From the NCBI RefSeq assembly GCF_009914755.1, contig NC_060936.1: 64,000 nt of DNA; one strand, 5' to 3'. The position numbers and the translations under genes are program-made. This stretch comes from the human T2T-CHM13v2.0 reference genome, Homo sapiens. The notes under the pieces were generated by a model. The model saw only the letters and a program-made list of their open reading frames with translations, was not told where the DNA came from and did not search any database. Below, piece after piece: positions 42,306 to 55,051 of this stretch; the first letter of the stretch is position 1; every line of letters starts with the position of its first letter.

Positions 42306-43004
42306 TGCAATGGGCTGAATGTGTCCCCCCAAAATTATATGTCAAAACTCCATTGTGATGGCATGTGAAATTGGGGACTCTGGGAGGTAAATAGGTCATG
42401 AGGGTATCATGAGAGTCTAGCCTTCATGATGGGATTAATGCCTTTATAAGAAGAGACATAAGAGTGCTTGCTTCCTCTCTCTTTCTCTCTCCACCATGTG
42501 AAGGTATGGGAAAAAGAAGTCATCTGTCTTCAAATCACGAAGAAAGTCCTCATCAGGAACCAAATCATCTGCCACCTTGCTCTTGGACTTCCCAGGCTCT
42601 AGAACTATGAGAAATAAATTTTTTGCTGGATGAAGTGGCTCATGCCTGTAATCCCAAATTTTTCAGAGGCCAAGGCAGTAGGATCACTTGGGTCCAGGAG
42701 TTCAAGACAAGCCTGGGCAACAAAGTGAGACTCTGTCTCTCCAAAAGTCAAAAACTTAGCCAGGCATGGTAGCATGAGCCTGTGGTTCCAGCCTTACAAG
42801 AGGCTGAGGCAGGAGGATTGCTTGAGCCAAAAAGAAGAGGCTGCAATGAGCTGTGTTCACAGTGCTGCACTCTAGCCTGAGTGACAGAGTGAGACTGTCT
42901 CAAAAAATAATAATAGAAATTTTTTAAAATAAATGTTTGTTATTTATTTTAAAATAACCTGGTCTATGTTATTTTTGTTATAGCAGCCCAAAAAGACTAA
43001 CACA
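42306..43004 (+). mobile_element. MLT1A MaLR solo LTR split by AluJ
   Basis: tgcaatgggctgaatgtgtcccccc ... gttatagcagccc...gactaacaca. TSD ctagc/ctaac. Confidence 0.85.
42624..42915 (+). mobile_element. AluJ
   Basis: Diverged dimer with J diagnostics (ggaggattgcttgagcc, gaggctgcaatgagctgtg). Confidence 0.9.
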
Positions 43005-43789
43005 CTAACTATGGCTTACAAAGTTATATGTGGTCTGATCTCATCTTGCACCGTTTTCTCTTTTGCTCACTGCACTCAAGCCATACTACTTTCATTTCAT
43101 TCCTCAAAGCCACCAAATGTAGTCTCACCTCAGGGCCTCTGTACTTGCTGTTCACTCTGCTTCAGTTGCTTTTCCACCTGGCTTTTCCTCATCATTCAGG
43201 TTTCAGCTCCAATGTCACCTCCTTAGAGAGACCTTCTCTGACCACCCCATTTCACCTGTGTTTCATGATCTCAATACCCTATGTTGTTTCCTTCATATGC
43301 TCATCTGTCTAAAATTATCTTGCTTATTTACTTGTTACTTTTTTTCTCCTCCTTCTAGATTAAAAGCTTCATGAGTACAGGGACTGTGTATATCTTATTC
43401 ACCACTCCATTCCCATATCTAGAAAAATATTAGTACAAATTAGGCCCTTGATAAATATTGTTCTTAATAAATAGATTAATTTTTCTAAAAAAATAAATAA
43501 ATAAAAAATAAAAAAAAAACACACAGCCTTGGATGCTTGGAAATCTGCCAACATGTATGATCCTAGAAACATAATTTTCTTGTCTAAAATCTCCAAGAGC
43601 AGAACAGAATTTTGGATTTAAATAAAAGCTTTTTCTAGCATATTTAATTCAGAAATCACCAAATGTACTTAATCCTATTGCTTATCTTCTATCACAGGTA
43701 AGTATTTTTGCTTACCACATATATTCTTTAACCAAGTTATGGTAACATAATAAGGGATTAGACCCTTGATACAAGTTGCCAAGTAACCT

Positions 43790-44863
43790 CATTGAATTTC
43801 AACATTTCAGTACATGTCTTTGTAATATTCTGTGTGACAAACTATCAAGTACACAGAAAGCACTTCTGCTGAATACTGAAGTAGCATGGTTGTCTCTACC
43901 ATAAAATATTCCTGGAGTTGCAAGTTGAACTAACCACTCTTCTAATGAAACACCATTTCACTTGAAAGACCAACATATTCAGATGTAGGTATTTGCTAAA
44001 CATTTTCTTGAAAATGTACAAAGTGAGGCTGTCACCCCAAAGGAAATATATGGCAATATTTATTGCCCAATAAACCTTTAAGAAACTACCTCTAGTTGAG
44101 GTTTAGGATAGTAGATACAATTATCCAAAAAGGTTATTAAAATAGTCCTCTGTTTTCCAGCTACATCACTCTGTGATGCCAGGTTTTCTTAATATTCTTC
44201 AATGAAAACAACGTATCACACTATACCGAATGCAAAAGCCAATGTAAGAATCTAGCCATCTTCTACTGTCAGACATTAAAAGGCAAAAAATGTAAAAACA
44301 TGAAATAATGCTATGCTACTCACTAAGTTTCTCTTGTTTGGAAAAATAAATACATTATTTATAAAAATATGTTATTTACGTTACATGCAATGGGTTTATT
44401 ATTGTTATTTTAAAATGAATGAATAAATAATTATTTTTAAAATGTTTATAGCATGTTTGGCTGGGCGCGATGGCTCATGCCTGTAATCCCAGCACTTTGG
44501 GAGGCCAAGGTGGGCAGATCATGAGGTCAGGAGTTTGAGACCAGCCTGACCAACATGGTGAAACCCTGTCTTTTCTAAAAATATAAAAATTAGCCAGGTG
44601 TGGTGACGGGCACCTGTAATCCCACCTACTCAGGAGACTGAGGCAGGAGAATCACTTGAACCCAGAAGGCGGGGGTTGCAGTGAGCCGAGATTGTGCCAC
44701 TGCACTCCAGCCTGGGTAACAGAGCAAGACTCTGTCTCAAAAAAAAAAAAAAGAAAGAAAAATGTTTATAGCATAGTTAATATCCACAGATATAACCCAA
44801 ATAAACAAAAGATTTTTGAGATCCTCAATTATTAAGAGCATAAAGGAATCTTGAGACCAAAAC
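43790..44863 (+). mobile_element. Charlie1-type hAT DNA transposon relic split by Alu
   Basis: aagcacttctgctg...tactgaagta...tggttgtct, caccatttcacttgaaaga, cagacattaaa, agatataaccca...tgagaccaaaa. Confidence 0.7.
44459..44758 (+). mobile_element. AluSg-like
   Basis: Full dimer. 16-bp TSD aaaatgtttatagcat at 44439-44454 and 44759-44774. Confidence 0.95.
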
Positions 44864-45865
44864 CTAGTACAATAGATAGTTATAACAGAAATATGTAATA
44901 GAAATAAAAATGTATGATAGAATTATATAACAGAAATGCAAATCCTACATTTCTAACAGCATAGATGAAATATTTAATATCTTCATTCCACCACAAAAGA
45001 GAGAGAGAGTTCCATTGTGCAATTAAAGTAAAAATTTAAGCAACAGCATCCAGGTTGTGGTGTTGCCATCACAGCAACTAGTGGCTTGCAGGAGTTAAAA
45101 AGCTGTCAGGGAACAGTGGCAGGTGGGCTGGTGGTACAGCAAAGAGCCACAGTGACTTGACTGGAAATACGAAAAGATGTAGTGGGATAAAATGCTCAAA
45201 CACATTATGGGCTTATGTTGGTACAGAGATTTGAACAACCAGGAAAGAACTCTAACACAAGATAACTTTTTTAAGTTCACTTATGTTTTCCCCTTCTGTT
45301 TTTCTTCTTTGACATCTGTGCTGCTTTTGCCTGGGGGAAAGTTCAAGGTTGGAATGTTTGATTTTTGTTTTAAAAAACCTGAGGGCACGAAAGAGAATTT
45401 AAATAGTTCTGGGGGAAGAATACCCCCTGTCTAAAATGAAAGTCTCTCTGGCTTAGAGGAGGAGTCAGAGTTTAAGGTACCCTGTATTTTGCCTTACTCC
45501 CTGGCAGGGCCCCAAGGACACAGCAAGACCTCAGAGAGACAGGCCATTGGTGCACCAAGAGGCGGAACATTAGCCCAGGTTTCCCAGCCACAACAGTTCT
45601 CATACTCCAGAGGCTAGCACAAAGGCAGGAGAGGGGAGCCTCTTAAAGACCACACAGGGAGAGACAGTGACATCCCAGCAGTAACCTGTGTGGTCATATG
45701 TCTGATGCCCTCCTGGGTCTCTGAGATCTCGGCTCTGCTTGAGAGCCTGGAATTTTGACACAGCCCCAGATGGGAAGTACAAGAATGACTGAAGTTGAAT
45801 TTCTCACCAGACCTATGGAACAGGGGCAGAAAATAATAATTACTTACTGAGCCAAAAGTAGAGAA

Positions 45866-46519
<654 letters not shown>

Positions 46520-47549
46520 AAAAGTAGAGAAATGTGATGTCTCTTGTCCACCTGAGGTGTACTGAGATTCATAACCATTTTATGTGTAAAATGTTTCACA
46601 AAGTTATTTGATAAGGTTGTGTCAAGCTGAGGTGGTAACTTCTAAACACACACATATATCAGCTCAGGACCTAGCAAACAGGTCCGAAACACAAGCAATG
46701 GGGAAGGATGCAGGAGGGAGCAGACACAAGCTCCAGGGAATGTGGGTAGCAAGTGGTCTGCACCAAGGAACCACATAAAACTCCAGAGCACTGTTTTGGA
46801 GAAGCAATATTCAGAGATGCGGGAAGGGAGCCAGCATCAAGGAGGTTCTCAGCAGACTGCAAGGCTCCACCTCAGGAGAGGAGTTCAGGGGCAGGAGCCC
46901 TGCCCAAGTGCACGATTGCAATGAGGCCTGCAGCCTCAGAGACCTGGCAAGTGATCCAAGAAGGACCCGAGGCAACCATGCAGGGACCTAAAAAGCATTA
47001 ATGATATAAGCATGCATTTTGTCACTCATGTATACATATATACGTAAGGTAAGTTCTATAAAAATAAAAATAATAAATATTTGCCATACGCTGTTATATG
47101 TATTTATATTTTTTAATGTATCTTCACAACAACCCTCTGAAATAGCTACTCTTACTCCTCTCCATTTTACAGATGAGAAATTCGAGTCACAGAAAGGCAA
47201 AGTAGCTTGCCCAAGTCATTAGTAACACAGAGCTAAGGTTAAAACACGGGCAGCATGGTCCCAGGGTCCATCTTAACTCTACCATGCTGCATTCAGAGTA
47301 AAGGCTCACTTACTACATCTGAGCCATCAGGACTGGGAGGAACCATGGTTGATGCTGAATCCCCCTCAGCATAAACAAGAGGTCTTTAAAGCTTCCCCTG
47401 TGTAGGAAGGACAGATCCTGGAGCCTGAGCTGGGGCTGAGCATGCAGGTGGTACTTAAATGATGGCCACGTAGAAGCAGAATATGGAACCAGGCAACTAC
47501 TGCCACACATCTTACATATTTTCATTTTTACCACAGCGCTATAAGGTAG

Positions 47550-47911
47550 TATCTTAGTCTGTTCAGGTTATGATAACAAAATACCAAGGCTAGGTGACTT
47601 ATGAATAACAGAAACTTATTACTGACAGTGCTGCAGGCTGGGAGTCCGAGATCAAGGTGCTGGCAGAGGCAGTGTCTGATAAAGGCCCACTTCCTCATAG
47701 ACAGCTATCTTCTCACTCTAACTTCACATGACAGAAAGATTAAAGGGTATCTCTCAGGCCTTTTTTTTACAAAGGCACTATTCCCATTCATGAGAGCTCC
47801 ACATTCATGACCTAATCATCTCCTAAAGGCCTCACCCCCAATACGGTCACCTTGGAAGTGAAGATTTCAACATGTGAATCTGGGGAGGACATAAATATTC
47901 AGACCATAGCA
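47550..47911 (-). mobile_element. MSTD/MLT1A-like MaLR solo LTR inserted in a MIR
   Basis: tatcttagtctgttcagg ... attcagaccatagca. Perfect TSD ggtag at 47545-47549 and 47912-47916. Confidence 0.88.
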
Positions 47912-48099
47912 GGTAGGTATTGTCTTCTTCTTTTCAGATGAGAAAACTGAGGTTTGAAGAGGTTACACAATTTGGCCAAAGAGCCAGTAAGCAATAGAGC
48001 CAAGACCAGATCCCAGACCATCTGATTCCAGGATGGCAGCTATGAACAGGCATTTGTAAATTGGCAGGCAATGAAGAAAAGCAAGTAAATTGGGAAGTA

Positions 48100-48345
48100 G
48101 GGTAGCAGCATGGTTAAAAACATGTGCTTGGTGGCCAAAGTCCAGCTATGTCAATTACTCTATGATCTGAAAAGAGCTACTTACTCTTTCTGAGTCTTAG
48201 CACCTTCATCTGTAAAACAGATTAGTAACAATAATAATAAAGTCTAACTCCTGGGGTTGCCATGGGAATTCAATGAAACACTGTGTGTATAAATATCTGA
48301 CAGAGTACCCAGCATATAGTAGGTGCTCAATAAGTGGTAGCATGT
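48100..48345 (+). mobile_element. MIR
   Basis: ctttctgagtcttag...ttcatctgtaaaa...agtacccagcatatagtaggtgctcaataagtggtagc. Confidence 0.8.
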
Positions 48346-48644
48346 TAAGGAGGCATTCCTCTTATTGTACTGCTGAACACAGACAAGCTCAGTGGCAACA
48401 CAGATCTTTCTCCTGAGCTGTTTTACCTCTTGACTAAGAGAACATCATGCTGAAAGGAACATTAGAATTTCTTTAATCTAATTCTCTTTTTTAACAGATG
48501 AGAAAATTGAGGGTTAGAGCAGTTACATAAGTTGCCCAAAGCTTTATAGTAGTTACTGGCGAGGAAAACCAGATCTTTTATCTGTAACTTAAAAATTAAA
48601 AAGCTATTGGAATGAGATAGAAAAATGCTTAAGAAGTAAAATTG

Positions 48645-48959
<315 letters not shown>

Positions 48960-50387
48960 AAGAAGTTAAATTAAGACAATCCTAGGTAGCTCTTCCATCA
49001 GGGATGTAACTTAGTGGGAAAGGCAGTCATGCCACACTGAAAAGAGCAGGGGGACTTCTGACACTCCGGCCTCTCTCACACCATTCCCTGTGCACAAGTG
49101 AAGCAACACTTCCCAGGAAGCAGGAAGCTGTGCTTTCAGATACTCATTTCATATCATCCCACCCTTACCCTGTGGTATTGTCTGCACTCAACAAAGGAAA
49201 CTCGACCTTGGGTGATACACAAGAGAAGTTAACAAAAGGATGAAAACCAGTATCTTGGAAAGCATATGGTAGGCATTAGATTAGTGTTAGTAAAAGGAGC
49301 CGAGAATTAAAAAAAAAAAAGGAAAAGTCCTTTTATATCATTTGGGTGGGTTGCCTTCGCTTGCTAAAAGACTAGCTGAAAATTGAATGAAATTAACAAG
49401 CAGGTGTTAGATGGGGATGCAGAATGTTAGAGAAGGTGTATCGAACTAAAGAGGTAATAAAGAGTTTTGAGAATGAGGTTTGAGGAAAACGAATATGTGC
49501 GTTTGCACATTTGCACACACATATATTTATCTGACAGTGCCTGTCTTTACTTTTGCAGTAAATTTAAGAGCTGCCCTCAAAGGCAAATTAAATGGTGTCC
49601 ATTGTGCTATTTACAAGGGTCAGGAGAGGTTCTTGGGCATGATAGGAGATGTGGTAGGAATATGACAGGGTAAAGCAGTTAAGGACTAAGGAGTAGGGAT
49701 TCCAAACTGAAATTGCTAGGTCCACCTGCTACGTATTAATTATGCAAGAATTACTGTTTGTTCAGTGTCATTGCTGCATCTCTTAAGAGAAAAAAGTATA
49801 TTTGGGAAATGTCTGACAAATCTATTCACTAAAAGAAAGAAAATGTTACACTTTGTTAGTCTAACAATAATGTTAGACCACATATATTCTTAAAAGAAAT
49901 TTGGCCCCATTTGCTATAAACATACTGAGTGATTACCAGGCAAAGAAATTACTCCAGACTTTAAAGCTTTTTCATTAGCTAGAACTAGAGTTCCAGTCTT
50001 GTCTGTCTGTTATTTTTAAGCACCCCAAGGGTGCTAACTTGTGCATTGTTTTGCACAGATTTGCACTGTGAGTTAAAGAAGTACTAGGTTCAAATATGTA
50101 AAGAAAAAAAGGCAGTTAACATTGCAAACTATCTACTAACACCATCATCTGGGATGTCATAAACTAAAAAAGATCAATCTCAAAGATCACAGATCTTCAT
50201 AGAGATTTTCCCAAAGGGAATAATGAAGGATGCCCATGTGTTCATATGCGACTCCCACTCCAGATGTTACCATTCATTCCCTGCGTGCCAGGGCCACAAG
50301 GTCTCATATATAAGCTGATGATGGTAGGGGTTCTGATCAGCAGATAACTTTCTTTTCTTATGGAGCCATTCTTTGGGAAATCTAGTT

Positions 50388-50663
50388 CCTTCCTTCCCTT
50401 CTTTCCTTTCTTTCTTGAGACAGGGTGTCACTCTGTGCAGTGGAGCAATCATGGCTCACTGCAGCCTCAAACCCCACCTCAGCCGCCTGAGTAGCTGGGA
50501 CTATAGGCACACACCACCACACCTGGCTAATTTTCATATTTTTATAGAGACAGGGCTTTACCATGTTACCCAGGCTGGTCTCGAACTCCTCACCTCAAGT
50601 GATCCGCCTGTTCTCAGCCTCCCAAAGTTCTGGGATTACAGGCGTGAGCCACCACGCCAGGCC
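50388..50663 (-). mobile_element. AluJb with two short right-arm deletions
   Basis: Antisense Alu with a (CCTT)-type tail, missing the cgcccaggctggagt and tcctgggctcaagcgatcct segments. Confidence 0.88.
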
Positions 50664-51613
50664 CCACAGTTAAATTTACATGCACCGTTGTCATGTTTTT
50701 CATTAGTGTCTGTTATATTTTACATTGCTTTGGCCACAATGGATAACATAAATACATATAAGAGTAACTGGAATACAATTTCTACACACCTTTGTTAGCC
50801 ACGTTGGTCTACCTCTAAGAAAGACATTGTCATGGTCTCTTGCTTCTTAAGTAAACTAGGGAGGAAATCATTAGCGGCTCTCACTAAAGGAAGGATTGAA
50901 AATAGAGCTTCCATTAATGGGATTAGATCCTCCCACTCCCTTCCGGGACCAAAATGCCTAAACAGAAAACCTCCACTGGCATCCAGGTCCTAAAGTTTGC
51001 AAGGTATGAGAAAGGACTAAGGGGGTTAAAATACAAGTCTCTAAGCCTTGGAAGGGGGCCATAAAAAAGAAAAGAGGATTGAGGAGAGAAGGAACAACCT
51101 TTCCCAAATCCTATGAGGCCTTTCTTCTGTGTAGTACACAATGGAAAACTTAAGTTTAAATTTTTACCACCTCTATTCCTCCCACACCGCATCGTTCTCT
51201 TTGAAACATATCCGTTCCTAGGGCAAAAATCTCAGGCCAGAAAAAAAAACAATCCACAGATACTGCTGAATGGTGCAACCCTTACTCTAAAGAAAAAGAA
51301 AGCCCAGGTGCCCCAGAGCCTTCCCAGTAGACCTGACTAGAATAATGCCTCTGTCTTTCCAGGTGGACAAGCTAAGTAAATTAAGCACTTCAGTGACCAA
51401 GAAAATATTGAATTCCTCCTGAATCTGCATGAATTTTGTCTATTTCCAGTATCCTCAGGAAGCTAATATGCTGATTCTGAAATTTCCAAAATGTGAGAGG
51501 TTCCTAGGAGCCATTATGGAAGGGAGATTTGTTTGCCTATTGCTACTCTTTGGGGTTGTAGAATATCTTTGTCTGGTTTTCTTAAAAACTTCAGGGAATA
51601 AAAAGACTAAAGG

Positions 51614-51809
51614 TAGCCAGGCGTGGTGGTACACACCTGTAACTTAGTGGGAGACCAGGCAAGAGAATCACTTGAACCAGCTACTAGGGAGGCCAAGGCA
51701 GGAGAATCACTTGAACTCGGAGGCGGAGGTTGCAGTGAGCCAAGATTGTGCCACTGCACTCCAGCCTGAGTGACAGAGTGAGTGAGACTGCATCTCAAAC
51801 AACAACAAC
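51614..51809 (+). mobile_element. 5'-truncated Alu (right arm) with internal duplication and (CAA)n tail
   Basis: Perfect 14-bp TSD aaaaagactaaagg at 51600-51613 and 51810-51823. Confidence 0.9.
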
Positions 51810-51957
51810 AAAAAGACTAAAGGAAAATATAGAAATGCCTCCAGGACAAACTATCATTCACCAAATGCTCATTTGGGTTACACAAATGGAACATCCTTAC
51901 AATATCTTAAGTCAAACAGTGGCTTTAATAGATGTGAGATGAAGTGCCCGGGGCAAG

Positions 51958-52138
51958 ATATTGGTTCTCCAATTTTGATGTGCCTGAAAATCACCCGTGA
52001 GACTTGCTAAAAATGAGGATTATAGGTTGCCACCTCCAGAGATCCTGAAGCGGAGCCCCCAAATAAATATTTCTAATAAACACCACAGGGGAGCTTGTTG
52101 CAATGCATGTGTTCAGTAAACCAATTTTTGAAAAGACA
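51958..52138. mobile_element. MER5-family hAT MITE
   Basis: tggttctccaatttt...aatcacccgtgagacttgctaaaaatg...ccacctccagagat...tttgaaaagac. Confidence 0.6.
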
Positions 52139-52166
52139 TCAATTTCTCATAAAACCTCAGTTCTCA

Positions 52167-52471
<305 letters not shown>

Positions 52472-53456
52472 TCAGTTCTCACCTTCTCCACTTGCTCCCC
52501 TTTCATGCTCCCACTCCACTGAAACAGCACTCATCAAAGCCACCAATGACCTCCATGTTCCCAAATCTATAGTTAATTATCAATCCTCATCTTGTTTGAC
52601 TTATTGGCAGTGTTTGACAAAGTTGATCACTCTCTCCCTCATGAAGCACTTTCTCCACGGGGCTTCCAAGGCACTAATCTCTCTTGGTTCTCCCTCTCTT
52701 TCTAGTGACTTGTCAGTTTTCTTTGTTGACTTTATTTTCCTAATTTCCACACCTTGAAGTGCCCCTGGATTTCAATCCACAGGCTTTTCCACTTCTCAGT
52801 CTACACGCACTTCTGCCGTAGCTTCATCTATTCCATTGATTTTAAATATCCTATTAGTATTGGGAATTCCCAAATTAATATTTATAGTCCGGTCCACTCT
52901 CTCAAGCTCCAGACTAAAATAGCCAATTGCCAACTCAACATCTTTAGTTGGATGTCTAATAAGCATACATTAACATGCACAAAATCCCTTATTTATATTT
53001 CCTCTCTCAAAATCTGCTCCTCCATCAGTATTTTCCAGCTTAATCAAGGGCAATTCTATTTTTCCAGTTGCTAAGTCCAAAAACCTTGGAGTCCTCATTA
53101 ACTCCTCACTTTCTTTACACCCCACATCTAAACCATCAGCAAATCCTGTCAGCTCTACTAGAAAATATATGCAAAATCCAACAACCTCTCCCACACTTCC
53201 ACTACTATCTATGGTCTAAGCCATAATCATCATTCAAGTGTATTACTACAATAGCCTCCTAACTTCTTTCATTGTTTCTGCTAATTCCCACTCCCCCAAA
53301 CTATTCACACAGCAACCACAGTGATTTTCTTAAAACCCAAGTCAAGTCGCGTCATTTCCTCTGCTGAAAAACTTCCAAAGCCTTCCCATCTCATTGAAAG
53401 TAAAATCCAAATTCCACACTATAACCCACATAAAACTTTATCTCATCTAGTCTAGG

Positions 53457-53580
53457 GCTACCTCCTTGACCTCATTTTGTACTAGCCCTTCCTCAGCCTT
53501 TGCACTAACTGAAAGGCAGAGGAAATAACCAGTGCAAAGGCTGAGGAAAGACCAGTACGAGATGAGGTCAGAGAGGTAGC
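53457..53580. repeat. Inverted repeat: 50-bp arms (43/50 identical, inner 18 perfect), 24-nt spacer
   Basis: Arms 53457-53506 and 53531-53580 are reverse complements by manual alignment. Confidence 0.95.
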
Positions 53581-53637
53581 ACCTGCTCTCTCACTTCCTT
53601 TAGAATTCTGTTCAAATGTCCTCTCCTTGGAGAACTC

Positions 53638-53936
53638 TTTTTTTTTTTTTTTTTTTTGAGATGGAGTCTCACTCTGTTGCCCAGGCTGGAGTGCAGTGGC
53701 GTGATCCTGGCTCACTGCAACCTCCGCCTCCCAGGTTCAAGCAATTCTCCGCCTCAGCTTCCCAAGTAGCTGGGATTACAGGTGCCCGCCACCATACCCT
53801 GCTAATTTTTGTATTTTTAGTAGAGACAGGGTTTCACCATCTTGGCCAGGCTGGTCTTGAACTCCTGACCTCATGATCCACCCACCTTGGCCTCCCAAAG
53901 TGCTGGGATTACAGGCGTGAGCCACCGTGCCCGGCC
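53638..53936 (-). mobile_element. AluSg/Sc-like
   Basis: Antisense dimer. TSD gagaa(c/g)tctt. Confidence 0.95.
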
Positions 53937-53953
53937 AGAGAAGTCTTACTGAC

Positions 53954-54904
53954 TATGGTAGTACAGCTTCCAAGACGCCCCCCAGTGACTCCCACCTTCT
54001 TGTACTCACACCCTGTGTAATTCCCACCTCTTGAGTATGCACTAGCTTTAGTGACTTGCTTTTTTTTATTATTATTATTATACTTTAAGTTTTAGGGTAC
54101 ATGTGCACAACTTGCAGGTTTGTTACATATGTATACATGTGCCATGTTGGTGTGCTGCACCCATTAACTCGTCATTTAGCATTAGGTATATCTCCTAATG
54201 CTCTCCCTCCCCACTCCCCCCACCCCACAACAGGCCCCGGTGTGTGATGTTCCCCTTCCTGTGTCCATGTGTTCTCATTGTTCAATTCCCACCTATGAGT
54301 AAGAACATGCGGCGTTTGGTTTTTTGTCCTTGCGATAGTTTGCTGAGAATGATGGTTTCCGGTTTCATCCATGTCCCTACAAAGGACATGAACTCATCAT
54401 TTTTTATGGCTGCATAGTATTCCATGGTGTATATGTGCCACATTTTCTTAATCCAGTCTATCGTTGTTGGACATTTAACAAACAGAATCAAGCAGCCATG
54501 ATGGGGTGTCCCTTCTGAGATTCAGTTACAAAAAAGACTGTGCCTTCCATCTTGGACACACACTTTCATTCTCTCACTTGCTTGCTCACTCTGAGGGAGG
54601 CCAACTGCCATATTGTGAACTGCCATAAAGAGAGGCCCACATGACAAGGGCTGAGGGAGGCCTCCAGCCAGTAGCCAACAAGGAACTGAGTTCTCTCAGT
54701 CCAACAAGCTGCAATGAACTGAATCTTGCCAACTGTTCCAGCTGGCACACTGAATGCATCCTCTTGAGAGACCTTGAAGTGGAGACACCAGCTAAGCCAT
54801 ACTTAGGTTTCTGACCCACAGAAACTGTGAGATAATAAATGTTTGTTGTTTTAAGCCACTAAGTTTTGGAGTAATTTGCTGCTCAGCAATGGATAACTAA
54901 TACA
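53954..54904 (+). mobile_element. MLT1F-like MaLR solo LTR split by L1PA
   Basis: tatggtag...tagtgacttgct at the left, gagaggcccacatgacaagg and ctgacccacagaaactgtgagataataaat...ataactaataca at the right. TSD ctgac at 53949-53953 and 54905-54909. Confidence 0.88.
54061..54476 (-). mobile_element. 5'-truncated L1PA (PA3/PA4-like) 3' end
   Basis: Encodes the L1 ORF2 C-terminus (IDWIKKMWHIYTMEYYAAIKNDEFMSFVGTWMK...IGGN, ORF 54282-54491), then the G-rich 3' UTR and tail. Confidence 0.96.
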
Positions 54905-55014
54905 CTGACTATCCTATATAAATTCACAAAATCCTACCTCTGCCATTCTAGTATTTCTTCCCACTTACTCCATTACTTGCTTTATAGCACTAATCTCCAA
55001 AGCCTTGAATATTA

Positions 55015-55051
55015 TGTTTGTCTGTTTGTTTGTTTGTTTGTTTGTTTGTTT
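55015..55051. repeat. (GTTT)n microsatellite
   Basis: Directly visible. Confidence 0.9.

Noticed and set aside
50314-50341. Box C-like TGATGA and box D CTGA within a gctga/tcagc stem
   Set aside because: Only 28 nt, far too short for a C/D snoRNA, with no room for guide sequences.
54282-54491. ORF with real protein similarity (L1 ORF2 C-terminus)
   Set aside because: Fragment of a 5'-truncated L1PA with no promoter, EN or RT domain. Reported as a mobile element, not a CDS.
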